A stretch of DNA of 56,017 bases. Source: Histomonas meleagridis 2922-C6/04-290x (taxonomy: Eukaryota; Protista; Parabasalia). The translations under genes and the position numbers were made by a program. The stretch spans positions 1 through 56,017 of the forward strand of contig JAANOX010000264.1 in the NCBI GenBank assembly GCA_020184695.1, given 5' to 3'. How positions within the stretch are numbered: the first letter of the stretch is position 1; every line of letters starts with the position of its first letter. Shown here piece by piece: positions 34,301-44,112 of the stretch. The notes beneath the pieces were generated by a model, which saw only the letters and a list, made by a program, of their open reading frames with translations, was not told the DNA's origin and made no database searches.

Positions 34301-36566
34301 TGATATTCGTTTTATTAATTTTATATTTATTTTATTAATTTTATGTTTGTTATAAGGATCTAAAATTTGTTTAAATAATTTACAATTTGTTATAATAATT
34401 TTGTATTCGATTTCATAATTTAATATTTATAATAATGATTTTATGTTTCATTAAAATATTTGTGGTTCTACTTTATAATTTAAAATTTATATTAATATTT
34501 CGATGTTTATTTTATTAATTTGGAACTGCTCTTCATTTAGCAATCAATAATAATAACATCGAAGTGTTTAAATTACTTTTAGCACATAAAGGAATTAATC
34601 TTAATGCAAGATATGTTTGTTTTACTTGTATGTAATATAATTTAAAAATTTTATGTTTGCTTTATTTATTTGAGATTTCTTTTGATATTTTAAAAATTAT
34701 TTTCATAATTTGATGTTTATTATACTGTTTTAAAGATTGCTTTATTAATTTAACGTTTGTTTTAATGGTTTTATGTTTGTTTTAATGTTTTAGAATTTAT
34801 TTTAGTTGTTTTTAGTTTGTTTCAACAATTTTCAGTTTATTATATTGTTTTAAAATTTGTTTTGATAATTTGAAATTTGTTTAAATTGTTTTATATTCAT
34901 ATTAATGTTTTGGGGATTGTTTTAATATTTTGATATTTGTTTTGAGGATTTTGGATTTGTTTTAATAATTTACTATTTGTTTTAAGTATTTAAAATTTAT
35001 TTATATAATTTGATATGTATCTTCTTAACTTTTTATTTATTTTAAATATTTGAAATTTATTGTAATTATTTGAAGTTTGACTTATTCTTTCAGTATTTAT
35101 TAGAATAATTTTGGATTTATTTCAATGTTTTAATATTTATTTCAATAGTTTTATACAGCACTTCATTTAGCAGTAAAGAATAATAATATCGAAATGGTAA
35201 AAATACTTTTAGATTCAAAAAAACTTGATATAAATGGAAAATATTTTTGTTATAATAATTTGAAATTTGTTTTATTGACTTTGGATTTGTTTTAATGATT
35301 TAAAATTTACTTAAAAAATTTCGAATTTATTTAAAACATTTAACATTTGCTTTAATAATTTTATATTTATTTCATTAATTTAGAATTTGTTTTTGTAATT
35401 TGAAATATATTTTATTAATTACAAATTTATTTATGTATTTTGATATTCGTTTTAATGATTTAAAATTTGTTTCTGTAATTTGATATTCGTTTAAAGAATT
35501 TAAAATTTGTTTTATTAGTTTGATATTTGTTTTGAGAATTTTGGGTTTGTTTTATCGTTTTAAAATTTGTTTTATTCATTTGAAATTTGTTTTAATCTTC
35601 TAAAGATTATTTATTGATTTTGATATTTGTTTAAATGTTTTAATTTTTGTTCCATTAATTTAATTTTTGTTATAATGATTTGAATATTTTTGTAATATTT
35701 GAATACTTATTTCAAAATTTTAATATTTATTATATTGATTTGGTACAGCACTTCATATAGCTGTTGAAAATAATTACATCGAAATGGTGAAATTACTTTT
35801 AGAACAAAAAGAAATTGATGTTAATGCTCAAGATGATAATTTGTTATATTTAAAATTTGTTTTAATTTTTTAATATTTTTATGTAACATTTGGAAATGAT
35901 TTAAACTGTTTCAAACTCCATTTTTTATTGCATGTAAAAAACAATATAAAGAAATCATCGAATTACTTAATAATAATGTACGGCAAAGAATAGAACTTAT
36001 GAATGCTTCTAAAAATGGTGAAATAGATAAAGTTGAAATGCTTATTAAACAAAAAGGATTTGATGTCAATATTAAAAATGTTTTTAGGTTTTGTATAATA
36101 TTTCGTAATAATAATTGGAAATTATTATAAATATTTGAAACAGCACTTATGTGTGCTGCTGAAAATGGTCATATAGAAATAGTTAAAATCCTTCTTCAAC
36201 AAAATGGTATCGATATTAATGCGAAAGATATTTATTTATTTTATTGAATATTAATTTAATTAATTTAATATCTGAAAATAATATTCGGAAAATATTCGAT
36301 TTTTTTCAATCAGCTCTTATAAAAGCATCTTCAAATGGTAAATTAGAAATAGTTAAAATACTTCTTGAACAAGAAGGAATTGATATCTTTGGAAAGAATA
36401 TTTATTTGTTTTGTTTAAGATTTATGTTAATAATTTGATATTTCAAAACAAATTTTGGAAATTATTGAAATATCATAAAGATGCATTTGCCATTGCAGCA
36501 GAAAAAAGGCAATATGATATTGTTCGCATGTTGATTGACAAAATTCAATCAATGCCTGATCATTAA
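31334..36566 (+). CDS. DUF3447-ankyrin locus D: open 5' part 31334-32716, then ten in-frame-competent ankyrin segments separated by 60-780 nt spacers
   Basis: Modules at 32780-32869, 33028-33114, 33895-33984, 34525-34614, 35155-35244, 35745-35834, 35915-36079, 36140-36229, 36310-36399 and 36480-36566 (stop). All are stop-free and a multiple of 3 long, for example TALHIAINNNNIEMFKLLLEHEGIDVYAKC. Confidence 0.75.
33115..33894 (+). repeat. Degenerate 20-nt tandem array, 780 nt (39 x 20)
   Basis: Consensus TTTGATATTTGTTTTAATAA; register kept without indels across 38 full internal units. Confidence 0.9.
33985..34524 (+). repeat. Degenerate 20-nt tandem array, 540 nt (27 x 20)
   Basis: Same consensus; lies between ...YAKC and TALHL... 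Confidence 0.9.
34615..35154 (+). repeat. Degenerate 20-nt tandem array, 540 nt (27 x 20)
   Basis: Same consensus; lies between ...NARY and TALHL... Confidence 0.9.
35245..35744 (+). repeat. Degenerate 20-nt tandem array, 500 nt (25 x 20)
   Basis: Same consensus; lies between ...NGKY and TALHI... Confidence 0.9.
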
Positions 36567-36659
36567 AAAGTGGCAAATAAACACTTGAAATGATTTTTTG
36601 TGTTGTTTACTTATTTTAATTTGTGTGAAAAGCTATCGTTCGGGGTGCCCCTATTTCAA

Positions 36660-37016
36660 ATGGCTGACATCTCGATCCCTTCATTTGCAACATGCATTGT
36701 AAAACCAGATGAAAGAATTAAAGTAACAATAACTGACTCACTATGGTGTATTACAAGTGTTTCAATTAATGTAACTGATGATATGCCAAAAGAAGGAAGA
36801 GTTGTTGTATATATTTCACAAATAAATGAAGAAGGCAAGGAAGGAGAGAAAATTGCGATAGCTCCATTAAGGGTTGGTCAGTGTGAAGTTGTTAATGTCG
36901 ATTATACAATTAATTCATTCTCACCTATAATCATTTCAACATCAGGAGATAAGATTACAGTTAGTGTAAATGGATATACAACAACATCTGAGCCTCCAAC
37001 ATTTGAAAAAATTTAG
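36660..37016 (+). CDS. Stand-alone nucleoplasmin-like (NPL) domain protein
   Basis: FATCIVKPDERIKV...WCITSVSI...RVVVYI...KIAIAPLRVGQCEVVNVD...G...VSVNGY fits the FKBP39/HD2-type NPL beta-sandwich pattern. ATG at 36660. Confidence 0.6.
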   Translation: MADISIPSFATCIVKPDERIKVTITDSLWCITSVSINVTDDMPKEGRVVVYISQINEEGKEGEKIAIAPLRVGQCEVVNVDYTINSFSPIIISTSGDKITVSVNGYTTTSEPPTFEKI

Positions 37017-37301
37017 GTAACTTAAAAAAATAAAATGAAACATTTATTTATTTGTTCTTTCACAAAGCATCGAAACTAAGTTCAAGTACATAAGTAATTA
37101 ATTTGCATCTCTTTTAAGGTTTATATTTATAATATCTTCAAGGTTTAAAAAATTGAGAATTAATTAATCTGATTTTATTGTTATATTTTCAAGAAACATA
37201 TAAATTTAACCCATTGTATTTATTTATTTTTAATTTTTTTTTTATAAGCTTATAAAAATTTAAACAATACTTTTTTTACTGTATAGGTTCAATATTCTGA
37301 T

Positions 37302-40300
37302 ATGCTAACTATCTTTATATATGTGCTATTTCAAGAATCATTCTTTATTACTAATGAAATGAAACAACTTTATAAAAAAGCATTACAAAGCAAAGTTTCA
37401 AATCCAGAAGTTCAACAGAATGAAGAAATTGAACATGAAGGTTTTCATAAATTGGGACCTGTTTCATTCTATCTAACGACTGAAGCTCATAGTCCGGGTA
37501 CATATGGCGTTAATGGATATGCAATTAGTTCAAAAAAAGATATGCTCTATGTTCTTAATGGAGAAATGATAAAACCAAATCATATATTTTTGAAAGGCAA
37601 AAGAATATTGCAAGTAAATAACGTGTATGAAAGTTATAAAGGAGGTAAATTTTTTAATACCTCTATTATTAATAATCCACTTGAAGTAATGACTAATTTA
37701 AAAATGAAAACAGGATCTCCTTCAGATTTGAAGGGTCTATGTGATCTATTTCTTAAATATTTTCCACATATTTGTGATGGTGTAATAGATTTTTCATGGG
37801 ATATGAAAAATGATAGGCCTTCTGAATATTTAAATTATTCTGATATGTTTACATTATATTTAGGTGCAAGAGGTAAATCAAAAGCAAGCTGTTTTCTTCA
37901 ATATAAATTCCCTTTTAGTGCTAAATTGAATTATATATTTGATTTTTCCTTGAAAACAGGTATTGGATTTAAACTAAAACAAGAAATTGATTTGCCAACA
38001 ATACCAGATAAATTCAAAGAACCAATTTCATTTGCAATTTATGAATTTACTGCTAAATTTTTGGGAATGGAAGTTTCAGTAAATATTCGTTTAATAATGA
38101 AACCAGATATTTTAAAGCTTCTTGTTAATATACCAAAAGAAGTTGTGTTTATTCGTTGCTTTGAAGTGCTTTTTTCTAAAAGTGGTTATTTTTCTGGGTC
38201 AGGACATAAAAACATAGCTCAAAGTATAAAGATTGATCCTTCTTCTTATTCATCCATTTTACCAAAAGAAACATTTGAATTTAAAGATGTTCTTGGAATT
38301 AGATTCAATGCTTTAATTGATTTTGCATTTGAGGCTAAATTCATTTTTGGTCCTATTGAATCATTTATTACAGTTGGTGTAGAAGTTGATACATTATTTT
38401 CTTTTGGTGCAAATGTACAAAAATGCGTTTGTCCATATGTATATGGTACTATTGAATTCAAAGTTATTCCTTTCTTTAAAGTTACACCATTAAAATTATT
38501 TGGATATAATATTCTTCCATATCTTAATCTAACTTATCCTTATTCATTAGTTTCTGTTCCAAAGTTTTGCTTATTTTCATCAGAGAAATCTCAAGAAGGT
38601 CAAAAAGCCCTTCAAAGTACCCAAAAAGGCAATGCATATATTGTAAACCCTTATCTTATAAAACTCACAAATTTTGAAGTCTCATTAAAAGTGATTGCCA
38701 TAGATGAAAATTCATCACCTATATGTAGTATTGATTTTAAGAAAATCTCAGATAAGACAACAAATAATAGGAAAATGATATTCACAAATGTAAAAAAAAT
38801 TCCTTATTTATTATTTGAAGGATTTTATACAATAAAAGGAAAAACAGAAACACATCCAATTAAGTTATCACCTATGAATCTCGTACTAGGGCCTAATATA
38901 TTTGAAACTGATTTTGGCGAAAAGAAATCTGGAACATTTTCAATTAGTATAACGGTGATAGAGGCTAAAAGTGTTGAAATTTTTAAAGAATTTGCGGGAA
39001 ACAAAAATAACAAAATTGTTTTTAAACCAAGTGGTGTACCTTTATCTTCTCGATTTGGTCTTATTTCTCATGATGTTTTAGGTAAAGAATATTCAGCATC
39101 ATTACTTGATTATGATTATTACGATGAAATAAATTATGAAAAAGGTGCATTTACAACTAAAAGTCAAATGATTATTAAATTAGAATCAATTAAACAAAAA
39201 ACGCCACAAAATCTTGATATTAATATGAAATTTTCACTTTGTATTGATGGGAAATGTCAAGACATTGAACAAATGGATATGAGTTTAGTTACAAATCAAA
39301 TTTATACTTCAAAAGATTTTAAATTTTTAATGGACAATTTTATACAATTCCCAGGTGCTAATGGTGTATTTGTTGTGGAAATAACATCTAATACATTAAA
39401 AGCTTCTTATAGGATTTCTCAATCAGAATTAGAAAAAGAAGAGAAATTTGTTTATACAATTAATGATAAAAATTTTGAAATTGGACTTAATGTAAGAAGA
39501 AAGATTTCTAATATTGAAATTGATTTTGGTAAACAAATGGGAGAAAATGAAAGAGGTATTGTTTCACGTGTTTATAATTGTAGTAAGAAATGGACAGGTG
39601 AAAAAGTTAAAGTTGAGGTTAATATGCACGAATCAGAACAATATGGAATTTTAGTCTTTGAAACCAAAGAACAACTTCCGAAAGGAGAAACGATAGCTTG
39701 TATTATTCATGCAGATAATTTTATGCCACTATGTAAATCAACAATAATAGATAAAGACAAGTTTTTAATTATGTTAGAACATGATCAAACACTTTATAAT
39801 TATAATTCAATTCATATTCCATTTAGAAGAAAAGATATTGAAGATAAAGACTTTGATGCTACTTTATTGAATATTTTTACAACAAGTATTGATACAAAAT
39901 GTGGTAAAGGATTTAGAACTGGGACACAAATTAAATATATTGGATGTTTTGAAGGAGTTGAAGTAGGAAAAAGTAATATTTTAGAATATCAAATTATTGA
40001 TAAAGAAGAATCAGATTATTTACAACAGGAAATAAATGGAGAACAAACTAAATGGACTCTTAGATTATTTGATGTTTCTAAGATTCCAAATCAAAAGGTT
40101 TCTATTGTTCCAAGTCTAATAGAATTCCCAGAAGATTCAACAGATATTGCAATTGATAGTGAAATTATTGATTTTTATCTAAAGCATAAAAATAAAAAAT
40201 TGAGTATTAAATGTAAACGTTGTGATAAAGTTCGTATTGTATATAAAAATCAAAAAGAAGCTACAATTCAAAAAATTAATGAGAAATTTAGTTTTGCTCC

Positions 40301-41054
40301 TGAATTTGATGGAAATATTCTTGCATCTGCTTTGTGTGATGAACCAACAAATAGTTTGTGTATATTTCAAGAATCATTTGAAAATGATGGATTAGCACTT
40401 CTTGAATATGGTGATGCAGAAGGTGTAGATGATTTGGAAACGAAAGATGAATTTATGAAGTTGTCAAATAATGTAAAGTATCAAATGGTATATATGAAAC
40501 CAAAAGCAAATCTTTCAAAAGTTTGGAAAGGAGAAATAAAAAGAATTGCTAAAAATCTTAAACCAAATGAAATCATTCTAAATTACTTCATTTGTCACAA
40601 CAAAACAATAAATGTTTCAGCAAAATTTGGCAAGTTAGATGTTCCATTTAGTGCAAATAAATTAAGTATTAACCCGAAGAAATTACTTTCAATAATTGGT
40701 TTCAATAATCCAAAAGATGAACAAAAAGGCGAACAACAAGGAGAAGAAAAAGATCAATTGTTGCAAGGTTGTAGAACAACCGAAAATGGAGAAATTATAA
40801 TGTTAAATGGATTTACTTTTAATGAAAAGAACATTCAATTTGATCAAATTCATGAAGTATTTGATATTCCTAAATCACATATCATTAAGGTATCATACAC
40901 AATTAAAAATGAAGATAAAAAAGAATCAAGTAAAACGCCATATATAATAATTTCTACAGTGTGTGTATTGGCTATTTCTATTGCCATTGCTATTGGTATA
41001 ATTATAGGAAATAAATTTAAAGGTAAAGGATCTGGAAACGTCATTGGTGAATAA
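37302..41054 (+). CDS. Large (1250 aa) type I membrane/surface protein of unknown family
   Basis: Signal-like N-terminus, beta-strand-rich ectodomain, C-terminal TM (YIIISTVCVLAISIAIAIGIIIG). Confidence 0.75.
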   Translation: MLTIFIYVLFQESFFITNEMKQLYKKALQSKVSNPEVQQNEEIEHEGFHKLGPVSFYLTTEAHSPGTYGVNGYAISSKKDMLYVLNGEMIKPNHIFLKGKRILQVNNVYESYKGGKFFNTSIINNPLEVMTNLKMKTGSPSDLKGLCDLFLKYFPHICDGVIDFSWDMKNDRPSEYLNYSDMFTLYLGARGKSKASCFLQYKFPFSAKLNYIFDFSLKTGIGFKLKQEIDLPTIPDKFKEPISFAIYEFTAKFLGMEVSVNIRLIMKPDILKLLVNIPKEVVFIRCFEVLFSKSGYFSGSGHKNIAQSIKIDPSSYSSILPKETFEFKDVLGIRFNALIDFAFEAKFIFGPIESFITVGVEVDTLFSFGANVQKCVCPYVYGTIEFKVIPFFKVTPLKLFGYNILPYLNLTYPYSLVSVPKFCLFSSEKSQEGQKALQSTQKGNAYIVNPYLIKLTNFEVSLKVIAIDENSSPICSIDFKKISDKTTNNRKMIFTNVKKIPYLLFEGFYTIKGKTETHPIKLSPMNLVLGPNIFETDFGEKKSGTFSISITVIEAKSVEIFKEFAGNKNNKIVFKPSGVPLSSRFGLISHDVLGKEYSASLLDYDYYDEINYEKGAFTTKSQMIIKLESIKQKTPQNLDINMKFSLCIDGKCQDIEQMDMSLVTNQIYTSKDFKFLMDNFIQFPGANGVFVVEITSNTLKASYRISQSELEKEEKFVYTINDKNFEIGLNVRRKISNIEIDFGKQMGENERGIVSRVYNCSKKWTGEKVKVEVNMHESEQYGILVFETKEQLPKGETIACIIHADNFMPLCKSTIIDKDKFLIMLEHDQTLYNYNSIHIPFRRKDIEDKDFDATLLNIFTTSIDTKCGKGFRTGTQIKYIGCFEGVEVGKSNILEYQIIDKEESDYLQQEINGEQTKWTLRLFDVSKIPNQKVSIVPSLIEFPEDSTDIAIDSEIIDFYLKHKNKKLSIKCKRCDKVRIVYKNQKEATIQKINEKFSFAPEFDGNILASALCDEPTNSLCIFQESFENDGLALLEYGDAEGVDDLETKDEFMKLSNNVKYQMVYMKPKANLSKVWKGEIKRIAKNLKPNEIILNYFICHNKTINVSAKFGKLDVPFSANKLSINPKKLLSIIGFNNPKDEQKGEQQGEEKDQLLQGCRTTENGEIIMLNGFTFNEKNIQFDQIHEVFDIPKSHIIKVSYTIKNEDKKESSKTPYIIISTVCVLAISIAIAIGIIIGNKFKGKGSGNVIGE

Positions 41055-41222
41055 AAATTCATTGAAACCATTTTTTTGTTGCAATCATTTTAAAATAATA
41101 TGAATAACATTAAATACAAAATTCCTTTTAATAGTTAATTATTTAACATTACAGTGAAAATTTTGAACTTAAACATGTTTCGGGAATTCCAAAAACAAAA
41201 TTATAAATTAAAATTTATTATT

Positions 41223-42107
41223 TTATTCATAATCTAAGAATGTAATATTTCCATCAAATCCAGCAACTGCTATAATATTTTTCTCCTTTTGTACAGCCAA
41301 TGCGAGTATTGGACTGCTTCCAATTTTTAATCCTTTTTCTTTTAACATTTTCTCTAAGTTAACAAAAGATACTCTTCCGTCAGCACCAGCAACAACAAAT
41401 CTCCTTCCAAACTCTATCGGCTGGATTCGGTGAAGTTCACTCCCATCAAAGACGATACAACCGACTTGTTTGAATGAAACGAGATCAATCACGCGAACTG
41501 AGCCATCTGTTGCTGTTATGACTGCTGTAAGTCCATCATCTGAAATACTCACACATGTGCAGCATATACCCGATAAGTCAATAGTTTGGGTGACTTGCAT
41601 TGTATCATGATTAACAATTTTAAGTTCGCTAGAAGAGAGAATTAAAGATTCGTTGTTTGTGGGGTGTTCTGCAATTGAACAAATAGCTTCTTTAAAGAGA
41701 TCTAAAGATGATACAATTGTATCTGAATCAATTGATAATTTGTATAATGTGCCTGTGGCAGTTCCAACAAGAAATAAGTTTGAAGATCCAATAGGAGATA
41801 AAACACAAGGATCTTTAATGGAAGAAATGGATGAAATTTTTGAATCTGAAATTTGAATCTTGGAAATTTTTCCATCTAGAGAGCTTGAAACCAAATAATC
41901 GCCAACAATACATACTGAAGTAACAGCAAGTGAATGGTCACTGTATTCTTTCATTTCACCAATATGACACATTCCTCCATTTGGTGAATCATCAGTTGGC
42001 CAATAAAGCACTGACCCATTTAAAGCTCCTGATACAAGACCTTTTGAACTCCAAAAAATTGATGTTACTTCTGTATCTTCTAGAGAAATTGTTTTGATGA
42101 CCCTCAT
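41223..42107 (-). CDS. WD40-repeat protein, WDR61/Ski8-like
   Basis: LVSGALNGSVLYW, HSLAVTSV...LVSSSLDGKI, IAVAGFDGNITF. Confidence 0.6.
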   Translation of the reverse strand: MRVIKTISLEDTEVTSIFWSSKGLVSGALNGSVLYWPTDDSPNGGMCHIGEMKEYSDHSLAVTSVCIVGDYLVSSSLDGKISKIQISDSKISSISSIKDPCVLSPIGSSNLFLVGTATGTLYKLSIDSDTIVSSLDLFKEAICSIAEHPTNNESLILSSSELKIVNHDTMQVTQTIDLSGICCTCVSISDDGLTAVITATDGSVRVIDLVSFKQVGCIVFDGSELHRIQPIEFGRRFVVAGADGRVSFVNLEKMLKEKGLKIGSSPILALAVQKEKNIIAVAGFDGNITFLDYE

Positions 42108-42249
42108 ATTTGTTTAAACGGTTTCCACATATTCAGTTTTTATATAAACAATTCAAAATCAAAAAAAATTTGCGTTCCAAAGAATGACATGTGTTTCTTC
42201 GACTTAACTATGATTTATTGTGACCTCTATGTTACAAGATAGATTTATT

Positions 42250-42924
42250 TTATTTAAACTTAAAGGCATTAAAATCGAAATCTGATAATGATTTCAAAAC
42301 AATTGTTGGTTTTGCGTCAAATTCGCCAAGGGACTCCTCAAGAGGAAGATCTTTATCAGGAACCATGACTACAGCCATTCCAGCATTGTTAGCACATTTT
42401 ACACCAGCAGGTGCATCTTCAAATACAAGAACATTTTTTGGATTAGTAATTCCCATTTTTTCCATTGTTTTTAAGAAGATCTCTGGATTCGGTTTCCCTT
42501 GCTTAACTTCGTCGCCGCATGTAGCACATTGGAATTGTGAAAAAAACTCTTGATGTGGTCTTGTCCTATTTCCAAAGTTGATGCGATTACTCCCTGTCGC
42601 AAGGCCCAAAGGTAATTTCATTTCTTTTAATCTAGCGACAAGATTGTGTGTACCTGGGAAAAGTTTTGCATTTGGAAGTAAAGAACTTAGATTTTCATCA
42701 ATTTTGTTGACAACTTCTTCTTCTGTATAACTTAGTGAATATTTTTCGATAATCCAAGGTGCAGCTTCAAATCCACTTCGACCCATTAACTTTATATGGA
42801 ATTCTTTAGAAAGTGGGTGCCCAGTTGTTTTTTCCATTGCCATCACAAATATGGGTTCGGTATCCAGAAGAAGTCCATCTATATCAAAAATTACACCATG
42901 GATCGGTTCTGGCCAAGCAGACAT
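42250..42924 (-). CDS. HAD-superfamily IA hydrolase, pseudouridine-5'-phosphatase (HDHD1/PUDP)-like
   Basis: GVIFDIDGLLLDTE (motif I), LATGS, GKPNPEIF, LVFEDAPAGV. Confidence 0.8.
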   Translation of the reverse strand: MSAWPEPIHGVIFDIDGLLLDTEPIFVMAMEKTTGHPLSKEFHIKLMGRSGFEAAPWIIEKYSLSYTEEEVVNKIDENLSSLLPNAKLFPGTHNLVARLKEMKLPLGLATGSNRINFGNRTRPHQEFFSQFQCATCGDEVKQGKPNPEIFLKTMEKMGITNPKNVLVFEDAPAGVKCANNAGMAVVMVPDKDLPLEESLGEFDAKPTIVLKSLSDFDFNAFKFK

Positions 42925-44112
42925 TAACGTAGCGCTTAGTATTAATTAAGGGGCACCCTAACGATAGAGCAGTTTAGTGACGAAGCAAAACACTATGGAA
43001 ACGTTTTTTTGAGAAATATTTGACCTAAAAAATCACACATAATTTGTCACTTCACCTTATTTTGAAACAAAAATTTCTTATTCTTAACAATTTAAATAAT
43101 GTTGATATATATGTTTTTATGAAAAAATATCACTTATATTAATACATTAAAAATAAAATCACGTCGCCACTCGATATATAAAGATTCATTTGAATTAACA
43201 TTGAAATGTTTGATTTTTTCACATATTTTCACTTTTTCTCCAAATATTGAATAACAACCAAGAAAAAATTTTTGATATTTACATTGGAGACCTTGAAGGA
43301 TTTTATTATTCGAAAGGATTTTTGAAATTTTTAGAAAAAAGAGAAAAATTTTTTTGATCAGATCGAGATCTCAAAATTCAGCAGTCAAAATTGCCTAAAA
43401 ATTTATATTTGAACACAATACCCGAAGTTGCCAATTCATTTTAATTTTCAAAGAAAAACTATTGAGGAATTTAGAGTTGAAGTACCTCTGTTGCAAGTAG
43501 GAATGTTGCTGATATTAACGGTCACTATTTTTCAACACTTTATTCATTCAAAAAGTCGAATGAAATATATTGAGGTGGTTGTAATAATTTTTAACGTCCT
43601 CTATCGTGTTTATGCCAAGCAAAGTATTTAATTTTGATTAATTACTTTACAAAAAAGTGATGTTGAAACAAACTGAGTGGGGATATAAAAATCCCAAAAT
43701 TGACAAATGAACAAATTTTGTATATAAAAAACAATAACAAATGACCCGGAGTGCTGGTGTATTTGGTATATATGAAGCGACTTCAAGAAAAATTTTAAAT
43801 TTCATTCCAATATAAAAGTGACAACTCCATATTAATGTATAAAGACAGTTACATAAATATAAGAAGAATAGAGTTTATATTTATTTTATGTCAAAAAAAG
43901 ATAATCAGATTTAGTGTGAAGATAAAATGCTTGACCAATTTTTGTTTGGCTGTTATTTTCTAATACAGCCATTAGAAATGGTTTTAAGAAATCTTTTGAC
44001 TTATTGGGCTGATCATTCAATTAGTGGAGGGCCCCAGCATCAAGGACGGCACTTTCGGGTTTTGACTAGTTTATTTCTTTTTGAGAGGTTATTTGGCCAA
44101 ATTTTCGCAAAA

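Noticed and set aside
33115-35744. CRISPR-like array
   Set aside because: There is no alternation of an identical repeat with unique spacers of fixed size, no cas genes, and the context is eukaryotic. The units are contiguous degenerate 20-mers.
29443-36139. Phase variation by read-through when unit number is a multiple of 3 (60, 120, 540, 780 nt spacers)
   Set aside because: The frame-preserving spacers I translated (36080-36139 and 29443-29562) still contain in-frame stops, so simple read-through cannot work.
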